NCBI RefSeq assembly: GCF_963921235.1
Contig: NC_086097.1
Span: 198,030,001 to 198,094,000 of the forward strand
Direction: 5' to 3'
Source: Mobula hypostoma
Taxonomy: Eukaryota
Length of the DNA stretch: 64,000 bases
A program made the position numbers and the translations under genes. The notes beneath the pieces are model-generated. The model was given only the letters and a program-made list of their open reading frames with translations, made no database searches and was not told the DNA's origin. This document shows, one piece after another, positions 26,000 to 38,983 of this stretch (position 1 is the first letter of the stretch; each line of letters opens with the position of its first letter).

Positions 26000-28093
26000 C
26001 ACTCACAACACGCTGGTGGAAATCAGCAAGTCGCGCAGCATCCGTGGAAACGATCAGTCGACATTTCGGGCCAGAACCCTTCGTCAGTACTGTAGGGGGA
26101 AGGGGCAGAGGCCCTATAAAGAAGGTGGGGGGATGGTGGGAAGGAGAATGCTGGTAGGTTCCAGGTGAAAAACCAGTAAGGGGAAAGATAAAGGGGTGGG
26201 GGAAGGGAGGCAGGGAGGTGATAAGCAGGAAAGGTGAAGACAATGGGTAGTAGGAGGCAGAACCAAGAGGGAGGTGGTAGGCAGCTGGGGGAGGGGGCAG
26301 AGTGACATAGGGATAGGGGAAGGGAGGGGGAGGGAATTACCGGAAGTTGGAGAATTCTATGTTCATACCAAGGGGCTGGAGACTACCTAGACGGTATATG
26401 AGGTGTTGCTCCTCCAACCTGAGTTTAACCTCATCATGGCAGTAGAGGAGGCCATGTATGGACATATCTGAATGGGAGTGGGAAGCAGAGTTGAAGTGGG
26501 TGGCTACTGGGAGATGCTGTCTGTTTTGGCGGATGAAGCGGAGGTGCTCAATGAAGCGGTCCCCCAATCTGCGTCGGGTTTCACCGATGTAGAGGAGGCC
26601 GCACCAGGAGCACCGGATGCAATAGATGACCCCAACCGACTCACAAGTGAAGTGTTGCCTCACTTGGAAGTACTGTTTGGGGCCCTGAATGGTGGCAAGA
26701 GAGGAGGTGTAGGGACAGGTGTAGCACTTAAGCTTACAGGGATAAGTGCCAGGTGGGAGATCCGTGGGGAGGAACGTGTGGACCAGGGAGTCGCGGAGGA
26801 ACCGATCCCTGCAGAAGGCGGAGAGGGGTGGAGAGGGAAAGATGTGCTTAGTGGTGGGGTCCTGTTGAAGGTGGTGGAAGTTGCGAAGGATAACGTTTTG
26901 GATCCGGAGGCTGGTGGGGTGGTAGGTGAGGACAAGGGGAACTCTGTCCCTGTTGTGGTGGTGAGAGGATGGGGTGAGAGCCGAAGTGTGGGAAATGGAG
27001 GAGATGCGGTGAGGGCATCATTGATGACAGCAGAAGGGAAACCACGATCCTTAAAGAAAGAGGACATTTGAGATGTCCTGGAATGGAAAACCTCATCCTC
27101 GGAGCAGATGCGACGGAGACGGAGGAACTGGGAATAGGGAATGGCATTTTTGCATGTGGCGGGGTGTGAAGAGGTATAGTTGAGTTAGTTATGAGAGTCA
27201 GTGGGCTTGTAGCAGATGTCAGTGGACAGTCTGTCTCCAGAGATGGAGAGCGACAGATCGAGAAAGGGGAGAGAAGTGTCCGAGATAGACCAAGTGAATT
27301 TGAGGGCTGGGTGGAAGTTTGAAGTAAAGTCGATGAAATTGACGAGCTCAGCATGGGTGCAGGAAGCAGCACCAATGTAGTCATCAATGTACCGAAGGAA
27401 AAGTTGGGGAGCAGTACCAGAATAGGTTTGGAGCACAGACTGTTCCACATAACCAACGAAGAGGTAGGCATAGCTAGGGCCCATGCGAGTTCCCATAGCT
27501 ACACTCTTGGTGTGAAGAAAGTGGGAAGCGCCAAAAGAGAGGTTATTGAGTGTGAGAACCAGTTCCGCCAACCGGAGGAGGGTAGTGGTGGTGGGGAACT
27601 GGTGAGGTCTATTATCCATAAAGTAGCGGAGGGCTTTGAGGCCTTCTTCATAGGGAATGGAGATGTATAGCGATTGGACATCCATAGTGAAAATGAAGCG
27701 GTTGGGACCGGGGAACTTGAAGTTATTGAAGAGGTGGAGGGCATGGGATGTATCCTGGATGTAGGTGGGGAGAGACTGAACTATGGGTGACAAAATGGAG
27801 TCCAGGTACAAGTTCGGTGGGACAGGAGCAGGCAGAAACTATGGGTCTGCCGGGACAGTCAGGCTTGTGAATCTTGGGGAGGAGGTAAAACCGAGCGGTA
27901 CGGGGTGTGGGAATAATGAGTTTAGTGACTGAGGATGGAAGGTCTCCAGAGTTCATAAGGGCGATGATGTTACGGGAGACAATGGTTTGATGTTTTTTGG
28001 TGGGGTCCTGTTCCGGGGTAAGTAAGAGAAGGTGTCAGAGAGCTAGGTAAGAGGGAGTGTCAGAGAGCTAAGTAAGAGAAGGTGTCAGAGAGC
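26000..28093 (-). mobile_element. Penelope-like element (Neptune-type): RT plus GIY-YIG endonuclease, 5'-truncated and frameshifted
   Basis: YLLPKIHK, MGTRMGPSYA and FLRYIDD; Cys linker PGTYPCKLKCYTC (~26712-26755); GVIYCIRC...LYIGET...RFIEH (26337-26663). 11 bp TSD TGTTCAACCTT (25989-25999, 28094-28104). Confidence 0.95.
26055..26092 (-). ncRNA. Minimal type I hammerhead ribozyme in the PLE terminus
   Basis: Minus strand CAGUA-CUGACGA-A-GGGU(UCUG)GCCC-GAAA-UGUC-GACUG: core boxes, stem II, stem I and a GUC cleavage triplet. Confidence 0.8.
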
Positions 28094-28175
28094 TGTTCAA
28101 CCTTTCTCTGTAACTTAGGTGATAAAACCCAGGTAACATTCCAGTAAATCTTCTCTGTACTCTCTCTCTTCTGTT

Positions 28176-28592
28176 CATAGTCATAGTCATACTTTATTGA
28201 TCCTGGGGGAAATTGGTTTGCGTTACAGTTGCACCATAAATAATTAAATAGTAATAAAACCATAAATAATTAAATAGTAATATGTAAATTATGCCAGGAA
28301 ATAAGTCCAGGACCAGCCTATTGGCTCAGGGTGTCTGATCCTCCAAGGGAGGAGTTGTAAAGTCTGATGGCCACAGGCAGGAATGACTTCCTATGACGCT
28401 CTGTGCTGCATCTCAGAGGAATGAGTCTCTGGCTGAATGTACTCCTGTGCCTAACCAGTACATTATGTAGTGGATGGGAGACATTGTCCAAGATGACATG
28501 CAACTTGGACAGCATACTCTTTTCAGACACCACTGTCAGAGAGTCCAGTTCTATCCGCACAACATCACTGGCCTTACGAATGAGTTTGTTGA
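28176..28592 (-). mobile_element. Rex1 LINE 3' fragment nested in CR1
   Basis: RINKLIRKAS...DNVSHPLH...RCSTERHRKSFLPVAIRLYN; (GACTAT)n tail. TTCTGTT flanks both sides (28169-28175, 28593-28599). Confidence 0.88.
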
Positions 28593-28991
28593 TTCTGTTT
28601 GACATCTTTCCTATAATTTGGTGACCAGAACTGTGCACAATTCTCCAAATTTGGCCTTACCAATGCCTTGTACAATTTCAACATTACATCCAACTCCTAT
28701 ACTCAATGCTCTGATTCATAAAGGCCAGCATACCAAAAGCTTTCTTCACCACACTATCCACATGAGATTCCACCTTCAGAGAACTATGCACCATTATTCC
28801 TAGATCCCTCTGTTCTACTGCATTCTTCAATGCCCTACCATTTACCTTATATGTCCTATTTTGATCAGTCCTACTAAAATGTAGCACCTCACATTTATCA
28901 GCACTAAACTCCATCTGCCATCTTTCAGCCCACTCTTATAACTGGCCTAAATCTCTCCGCAAGCTTTGAAAACCTACCTCATTATCCACAA

Positions 28992-29149
28992 GCAACACAC
29001 ATCAAAGTTGCTAGTGAATGCAGCAGGCCAGGCAGCATCTCTAGGAAGAGGTACAGTCAATGTTTCGGGCCGATACCCTTCGTCAGGACTAACTGAAAGA
29101 AGAGCTAGTAAGAGATTTTAAAGTGGGAGGGGGAGGGGGAGATCTGAAA
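28992..29149 (-). mobile_element. 158 bp PLE-terminus-only insertion containing a hammerhead
   Basis: Perfect 13 bp TSD TCATTATCCACAA (28979-28991, 29150-29162); no coding sequence. Confidence 0.85.
29055..29090 (-). ncRNA. Minimal hammerhead ribozyme (CpG-decayed)
   Basis: Minus strand AGUC-CUGACGA-A-GGGU(AUCG)GCCC-GAAA-CAUU-GACU. Confidence 0.75.
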
Positions 29150-31704
29150 TCATTATCCACAACTCAACCTATCATCTGCATACTTACTAATCCAATTTAC
29201 CACCCCATCATCCAGATCATTAATATATTTGTCAAACAACATTGGACCCAGTACAGATCCCTGAAACACACCACTAGACACCGTCCTCCAATCTGACACA
29301 CAGTTATACACCACTGCTCTCTGGCGTCTCCCATCCAGCCACTGCTGAATCCATTTTACTACTTTGATATTAATACCTAATGATTGAACCTTCCTAACTA
29401 ACCTTCCGTGTGGAACCTTGTCAAAGGCCTTACTGAAGTCCATATAGACAACATCCACTGCTTTACCCTCGTCAACTTTCCTAGTAACCTCTTCAAAAAA
29501 TTCAATAAGGTTTGTCAAACATGACCTTCCTTGCATAAATCCATGTTGACTGTTCCTAATCAGACCCTGTCTATTCTAATAATTATATATATCATCTCTA
29601 AGAATACTTTCCATCAATTTACCCACCACTGACATCAAACTCACAGGCCAATAATGCTAGGTTTACTCTTAGAACCCTTTTTAAACAATGGAACAGCATG
29701 AGCAATACGCCAATCCTCCAGCACCATCCCCGTTTCTATTAACATTTGACATATCTCTGTCAGAGCCTCTGCTATTTCCACACTAACTTCCCTCTAGGTC
29801 CTAGGGAATATCCTGTCAGGACCCGGAGACTTATCCACTTCTATATTCCTTAAAAGCGCCAGTACTTCCTCTTCTTTAATCATCATATTTTCCATAACTA
29901 CCCTACTTGTTTCCCTTACCTTACACAATTCAATATCCTTCTCCTTAGTGAATACCAAAGAAAAGAAATTGTTCAAAATCTCCCCCATCTCTTTTGGCTC
30001 CACACATAGCCGTCCACTCTGATTCGCTAAGGGACCAATTTTATCCCTCACTATCCTTTTGCTATTAATATAACTGTAGAAACCCTTTGGATTTATCTTC
30101 ACCTTACTTGCCAAAGCAACCTCATATCTTCTTTCAGGTTTTCTAATTTCTTTCTTAAGATTCTTTTTACATTCTTTATATTCCTTGAGCACCTCATTTA
30201 CTCCATGCAGCCTATACTTATTGTAGATCTCTCTCTTTTACCAAACCAAGTTTCCAATATCCCTTGAAAACAATGGCTGTCTCAAACTTTTAACCTTTCC
30301 TTTCAACCTAACAGGAACATCAAGTTTCTGTACCCTCAGAATTTCACCTTTAAATGACCTCCATTTCTCTATTACATCCTTCCCATAAAACAAATTGTCC
30401 CAATTCACTCCTTCTAAATCCTTTCGCATCTCCTCAAAGTTAGCCTTTCTCCAATCAAAAATCTCAATCCTGGCTCCAGCCCTATCCTTCTCCATAATTA
30501 TATTGAAACTAATGGCATTGTGATCACTGGACCCGAAGTGCTCCCCAACACATACCTCCGTCACCTGCCCTATCTCATTCCCTAACAGGAGATCCAACAC
30601 TGTCCCTTCTCTAGTGGGTACCTCTATGTATTGCTGCAAAAAACTATCCTGCACACATTTGACAAACTCCAAACCATCCAGCCCTTTTACAGAATGGGCT
30701 TTCCAGTCATGTGTGGAAAATTAATATCTCCCACAATCACAACATTGTACTTACTACAAATATCTGCTATCTCCTTACAAATTTGCTCCTCCACTTCTCG
30801 CTCCCCATTAGGTGGTCTATAATAGACCCCTATAAGCATTACCATACCTTTCCCATTCCTCGATTCCACCCAAATAGCCTCCCTAGACAAGTCCTCTAAT
30901 CTATCCTGCCAAAGCACTGCTGTAATATTTTCTGTGACAAGCAATGCAACACCTCCCCTCTTGCCCTTCCGATTCTATCACACCTGAAGCAAAGAAATCC
31001 AGGAATATTTAGTTGCCAATCACACCCCTCCTTGTATTTTATTTCCCACTCTCTTATCAGTCAGTAATTATTTCTAATGTATTTGAGTAGTTTATCATTT
31101 TATCCCGTTGATGTTGGCCGTTCTGTTGTATTTTTAGCTTTTGTTTTTGTTTCATTTTATAGCCCCTATTTTTTCAAATTAATTTCTTGGAATTTGATTC
31201 ACATTTGCACTTACTGTGTTCAGGTAAACTCATACTAATCTAGGACACAGTTCTGTAGATACAATGAAAACAATTCCATTTTTTTCATTGTTTATATTAC
31301 TGACCCTTTCCTCAGTATTATTATGCTCTCCCAGTTTGACAGTTCAATATTTGTTCGAAGATATAATAGTTTTCATGCGCCCATATCTTATATATATATC
31401 TTCAGTATAATACAGAGTGTACAGTACAGTCCTTCTAGTGTAAATGTCATCAATCAGCAATAAACCAAAGGCAAAATATGGACTTTTCATGAATAAAGCA
31501 GAAAATAATAAGCCTGGAGCGATACAAATGATTCAACCATCTCTGTTTGAAATTGCAACAGAATAAAATCATCTTTGCTAAAATGTAACAGATAGCATCC
31601 CTAACTCTAATTGTGTTAGTAGATGTATGGTGGACATTGTGAACATATTTCATAGAATAAAGAATAGATTGTATTCATTTAATCCTTCCTGAAATATCTA
31701 AATA

Positions 31705-31910
31705 TTTCATACACAGTAAATTCCTTTGAAGCACAAATGACAACAACAATTATTTGTATTTATAAAGAGCTATTAATAGAAAAAAGTATCCTAAGGTATT
31801 TAATTGTTATGTAAGCAAATAAAGCAGCCATTTTGCACAGAAGAATATATCCCACAAATACAAATGATATGACAAAATAATTAATGGGGCAGATTCTCCT
31901 TGATCTGACT
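31705..31910 (-). mobile_element. Ancient SINE/L2-tail remnant (possibly DeuSINE-like)
   Basis: gcagccattttgcacag...tcccacaaatacaaatga resembles old shark SINEs as I recall them; highly degenerate. Confidence 0.35.
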
Positions 31911-32214
31911 CATGCCAAAATTACACTGAACAATGATGGCAACATATGTCAAATTTTTGAAAAACTGGTGTAAAACAAGCAGCAAGGAATGTAAACAACT
32001 GGTGTGCAGTGAACATCCCCAATGTACTGTAAGTTCTCTTCCTCCTTTAAATGCCAGCATAGCTAGCTGATGAACGGAGAAATCAGTGTGGATTGCTGAT
32101 GCACATTAATCAGTGCATGCTTAAGCAAATCAGTTATGGAAGCTAGCTCTTCCATATTTTACAAATGTTGATGTCATAAAAGACTATAGTAAAATATAGT
32201 ACACATATATCTAC

Positions 32215-32704
32215 ATTCTTTGGAGTTTGTGGAGATTCGGCATTATATCTAAAACTTTGAGAAACTTCTATAGATATGTAGTGGAGGGTATATTGACTGT
32301 TTGCATCACAGCCTGGTATGGAAGCACCAATACCCTTGAACAGAAATCCTACAAGAAGTAGTGGAACTGGCCCAGTCCATCACAGCTAAAGCCCTCCCAA
32401 CTATTGAACACATCTACAAGAAATGCTGTCGGAGGAAAGCAGCATCATTCACCTGGGAGCCCTGCCACCCAGGGCTCGCTCTCTCCTCACTGCTGCCATC
32501 ATAAAGAAGGTAGAAGAGCCTCAGGATTCACACCACCGGATTCAGGAACAGTTACTACCCCCCAACCATCAGGCTTTTGAACCAGAGGGGATAACATCAC
32601 TCTGCTTCACTTGCCCCTTCTTTGAATTGTTCCCATGACCAACTGACTCATTTTCAAGGTTTCTTCAACTCATATTCTCAATACTTATTGCTTATTTATT
32701 TATT

Positions 32705-32743
<39 letters not shown>

Positions 32744-32935
32744 TCTTCTTTTTGCATTTGCACAGTTGGTTTTCTTTGGCACTCTGATTTAATATCCTAG
32801 TTGAGCAGTCTTTCGTTGATTCTGTTATGGCTATTATTCTATAGATTTATTGAGTATACCCGCAAGAAAATGAATCTCAGGGTTGTAAATGGTGATATAT
32901 ATGAACTTTGATAATAAAATTTACTTTGAATTTTG
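32215..32935 (+). mobile_element. Rex/Babar LINE 3' part with a (TTA)n expansion
   Basis: NFYRYVVEGILTVCITAWYG and HTTGFRNSYYP fragments; (TTTGAA)n tail; (TTA)n at ~32705-32742. Confidence 0.85.
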
Positions 32936-34318
32936 AATATGCACTCTGAATATGTGACGATATAGGAAATCCAATCATTGTGACGTATGTATGTATATTA
33001 ACAACATGAGTAAGATTTTGGCAGGTGCAAGCCATAAGAGGATCAATTGAACAAGAAAATTTGTACATAGTCATTTAAATGAATGCATTTTGTGAACATT
33101 TGTAAAGTAAGCACCATGGAATTTCACTCCTATGCCATAGCTCCTCTATGCAAAGTGCAACTATGCAAAACTTTCTTGGAAATTCTAAGCCAAAAATGTT
33201 TTCTTGGCAGTTGTTGATAAAATAGTTGGGTGTAGATGTAATGAAATTTAGAAAAAAGAATCAAATATATACCTGTGCATTCATTCAATAAAGTGCCTCA
33301 TACAGTAAACTTGCTTTTCTTCTCCCCTTTGCCTTAAGGACACGTTTATTCCCAATCAGAAAAGTGGGACAGTTGGATCTGCTGACTCGTGTGCAGAACC
33401 TCATAATGGCTATAATCACTACAAAAGATCCAAATGTAATGTTAAAAAATATACTTTTCTCTCCTTTGTTTATAATTCTAAACCAGACATAGTAGGGAAA
33501 TCAATTATTTACTAGCTTGATCACTATTTCATTCAGAACACTTTTGAGGCCAGGTTATTTATTATATTATGCCATGAACAGATCTAAATCAAAGGATGAC
33601 AAGGTATTAGGTCCTAGTTTTGTCCTGAATTTATAAGTCCTGATTCAAATCTTGTCAGTCAACATATGTATTTGTTGGACTCAAAGGGTATGTAATTAAA
33701 AGCTGAGTTGTACTCTAAAAGAAAACCTCTGAAAGTATGGGTCCAAGTGCATTCCAATAATGAATATTGCCTTTACCAATGCTATCCATATATTAAATGA
33801 ATTAGGTTGATCAAGGCCCAATCTCTAATCTTCAAATGAACTTGAATCATCAGTAAAATAATTCTCAAATTTTCTCTTTTCAAGGAGTGTCATTTGAGAA
33901 CTGTGAGACCTTGGGTTCATTTTGCAGTGGTTTAATTCCCGTGCTTGCTTGAATTTATAGTGCCTCTGGATTACTCATGACCATTGTTGGCTAATGTCAT
34001 CATTCAAATTATCTTAACATGCTTGTAATTAATCTTTCATTGATATTTCATCCTTTAATGAAAACAATATATCTGATAATTTTTCAGCCTAGCTTTCTAC
34101 GCAATGGCTATGTGCACATTCTAAACTCTTCAGTGAAATGCTTTGCATTGTGAAAGGAACATAACTGTCTAAGGTTGCTGAGTCAAAAACCATGTCAAAA
34201 ACTTTCCAAAAGGGAAGATAGCCACTTAAGGTTTGGAGTATTTTCTGATTTCAGAATGAGGTATGCAAACGCCTGAGAGTTCTTGAGTGCAATTTGATTA
34301 ATGATTTTGCTTTTTTGA

Positions 34319-35167
<849 letters not shown>

Positions 35168-36580
35168 AACTCTTTTCATTTTGATTTATTATTGAACGTG
35201 CTGGAGAAGAAGCAGCAAAAAAAAAGCCTTTCTCTGAGACTCAGAAACCAAGCATGAAGCATGGTTAGTAACAGCTCCACAACAGCGACAATATGCCTTA
35301 CAGATGGCAGCTGGAGTTTTAGGGACAAGCAACACACTGGGTATCCATCAAATCTACTTGCAAATGGACATTTTGATTGGTATTAATGTGCTTGAGTGGA
35401 ACATTAAATTGTTAAAATGAAAGAGTATTCTGGATGAAATTGAGGAAACAATGCATTAGGTATTAATTTTATAAAACAGTTTAAATACCACATTTCAGAA
35501 TTAACTATCAGATCATAAGAACCCAAATTGTGTTGCTGAAATAGCATGCCTGTTAACACATGAAGCAGTCAGTATATCGGATATACCATTGTATTTTCAA
35601 CAGTTGGCTCTTTAATACTGGATTGTGAGTGCAGAGAGATCATTTTAGCATGCCAGTTAAAATGCATGCGCTTTGTAAAACTGGTATGCATTATAACTGA
35701 AAAGACAACTTAACTAGTAATGAAATTAATAATGCAATTAATATTTATTGATTTATGATGAGTATTTATGCTTTTTCAGCAATTCTGGCCATTTGCTATT
35801 TCTGGCCTTATGTGAAGGGAGTAGAAATGAATGGCTGGAGTTGCATTTAGTTCTTTAGTTCAGCTAAGACTTGCATGACCTGGAATTAGTTTTTGAATGC
35901 CTGGATTAAGACAGTAAGAATAGAAAAAGAACAACAACAACAAAAGATTCCTCTCCAGAAGGTCTAACAGTTTTAAATGATTTAACTGTTATTCCCAAAG
36001 CTGATTTAATTTTTGCTGTACTATGAAATAGTTTAAATGATAGGAAGCTGTAACAACATGTTTACAACTCAAGCTAGATCTCAGACTCATGTATAAAATG
36101 TAATTATTGGGATTGCATCTTTTTGTAATGAATGCACTAATATGTATATATTTTACATTGTCTTTACAATTACTGCAGTCTTGTAAAATAATGCACTTTT
36201 CTATTTTTTTCATTAAAATATGGCACGTTTCAAAATGTACATTGTTGCTTTTATAACAAATGTACATGGTTAAGGAAAATACTGTAAATTTGCACCACAG
36301 GAACTAACTTCAGTGGTGTATTTTGTACAAAAACAGCCATCTATAGAGTTTTATCAATATATAATATATATTTAAAATTTGAATGAAAATGTACAGAGAA
36401 AATTTAACTGCTGGATTTAAGTATAAAGAGATGTTATAAATGGCAAATATTTTGCATGCAATAAAAGGAACATTTTTGACAAGTACTGTGTGCAAAGTGG
36501 CATTCAAAATTTTTCTTCGATCTGTCTTTTAGTTCATGAATGCTTGTCAATTTCAATAAACTTGGATATGTGAGCAATGC
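35168..36580 (+). other. KCNK9: Probable KCNK9 3'UTR with candidate poly(A) signals
   Basis: Repeat-free AT-rich sequence after the stop; AATAAA at 36460-36465 and 36555-36560; Pumilio-type TGTATATA at 36143-36150. The true 3' end cannot be determined here. Confidence 0.55.
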
Positions 36581-38983
36581 CAACCCAATTGACATCATAT
36601 CCTTTAGATGACACATTAGTAACACAAGGTTCAACAAGTATAACCAATATAGAAAGTGTTATTCTAAATGAGCCTACTGATTTTTTAGGTTGAATTGTTT
36701 TGGAATTGTTTGTTATGATCGCATCTTTTAATATCTGGAGTCTTATTCTAGTCTGACTGGTGTGACATCGTATGTCACATGATAAAGTCAACTGAGCTTA
36801 TGTTGCCTTTGCCACAATGCGGAGTGAATCAAAATCAGATTGTGGACCACAATTCACTGCACGAGTGAATACAATGTACAGCAAACAGACACCGGAATGG
36901 CATGCATAACTCAAATCTCTCTTTTCAGTATTTTCATTCACAGTAAGAAACAAATCTTTGTTGTAATACAATGACACAAAATGGCCATCTTTGAGATAGT
37001 ACCATAATATTATTATTATTTATAGCAATTCCTTCTCAGTTGATGGACCGACATGCAGCTGAACCTCTTGCAGACCTAGACAATTAGATAACATTATGAT
37101 TCATCAGGCCATACTGACTGTTTGGAAAATAAGATACCCAAATTCATCACATGTACCAATCACTAATTTCCAAATAATTAGCCAGTTCTCTCCAAATGTG
37201 CCACTCTTATCTATATAAATTATCGTTAATGAGTAAAATATTTTAAATTTATCATTATTTTTGACTTTGTGAATTAAAACTTGTGATGTTTGCAAGATTT
37301 GTGACTTTTGGTATATGAATGCTAAGCATTCCTAGTTCAACCAGGGATTGTCGTAGTGGAGGAGTCAGGGTTGAGGGTGATGGTAGGGTGGAATTGGTGA
37401 TTTGATGGGGTTAGGTGGGTCAGATGAAAGGCTGATATAAGATTGTTTATAAAGCTGATTATACATGATTTCCTTCAGATTTTTGGCTGCTACCTTAACT
37501 TCCTTAGAAGTGCAGTTATTGATACAGAGTTTCTAGTGAAGTCACAACAGTGCAGCAGCAGGAAGCTTGAGGGAAGTCGGAGCTATACAGCAGAAGCTGA
37601 TCTTTGGTCTGGTACAGGTACATTAGGAAATTTATCACAGTTTGTGTAGCGGAAATCCAGGGCTGTTTGGAGTTTTGGGTACAAACTGACAAAAAGCTGA
37701 TGCTCTACAGTACCGCCCCTAGTGGAGGGTTGTAATTAAAATGTGACAAATTTACACTGTCAGTTTCCTTTATAGAAACTTATAATTACTTAAAAATTAG
37801 ATTTCATCCCCTTTTGGTGGGTGAACCTGTACTGCATGTAGTGCTCATGCCCAATTAGATCACCAACAAAACAAAACAATAAAATGACTAAAAATATCTT
37901 AAGAACAGAGTTAGTGTGGTTATAATATGAGTTCATACTTCCCAAATTGACAAAAATCAATGGAAAATACTTTATGTCAATTTGCTACACAGCTTTCTGA
38001 GGAGGACAATAGCCCTCAAACTTCACTCAAAACAGCAGCTTCACACATAATAGCTGCAGCAAAAAGGAAGGCAGTATTGGATCAAGTGGCATTTTTGTCA
38101 GTGAAATAAATGTCCGGAAGAAGGGATTGTGTGCTTTCGGACTGGGATACCTGCAGAAGACACCATAGAAAGAGTTGGAAGGAGGCAGCTCCAGCTATTT
38201 TCTCCAGATGTGAGAATCAGCACCTACTTAACCACCAAGAAACAAATCTCACAGCCTTCATGAGCTGTTTCAGTCTCAGTCATCATTGTAAGTAGTTAAA
38301 GAAGCTAGTTAAGCAAATAGATAAGTAGTCAAATACTGAGTAATGCTGGTGAACCAACAAAGGAGCATGTGAGGGATTATTACATGTGATCTGGGTTCTC
38401 TCGACTGACTACTGGCTAATCAAGTTGGCAGTAAAACTTGGAATGCAGAGAACATCAGCTGCAATTTAACAGGCTCCTTAAAAACAACGTCTCCCTATTA
38501 GGGAATCATGAAATAGCCATGTGATACAGCAAGGCGAGACTCATGATACTCTGCTGGGACATCTCTTGTTAGCCTTCTTTTCCCTCCTGCTCTTCTGGGC
38601 CCTGCTGTTCTCCAGCATGTGCTTCATGACACTCAGGCTCTGTGTCTGCATGCTTCTTTCGCTCCCTGGCACAGGCTGCTCAGAATCACAAGGTGAGCAG
38701 TATACAGCACACGGTGATGTGGTCTCCATACCATTTGGGCATACACTGAAAGAAGCCCTCTGATTTACCCAGGCTCTAGAATCTCTTGTTCAAAAGAAAA
38801 ATGGCATTTTCTATGATGATCCACCCTCTCATGGTATTTGCATGGGTCTTGCTGATTGGCGTGCTCACCAACTATGATAGGACCACAAATTGGAAAGGAA
38901 GGAGCAACAACTGGCCTTTTACCAAAGGAAGATAAAAGCATCTGGAGGTCCCAGATTGAATCAGTACCACTCAACTCTTAGTG

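Larger units (their letters stand above)
25578..31031 (-). mobile_element. CR1 LINE covering nearly all of ORF2 (APE endonuclease plus RT), carrying three nested insertions
   Basis: Endonuclease motifs GVYYRPP, IVGDINF, LDLLL and SDHN (30238-30944); RT motif YADD (29153-29536); tail TAACCATATAAC at ~25578. Same subfamily as 44141-45363. Confidence 0.95.

Noticed and set aside
26472..27071. 199 aa Gly/Glu/Val-rich + strand ORF
   Set aside because: Antisense shadow of the C-rich Penelope coding strand.
28020..28094. CRISPR-like repeat array
   Set aside because: The repeats are contiguous with no spacers, derive from RT coding sequence, and the context is a vertebrate genome.
38521..38974. Short ORFs downstream of KCNK9 as a possible small gene
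   Set aside because: No recognisable homology and no convincing exon structure.
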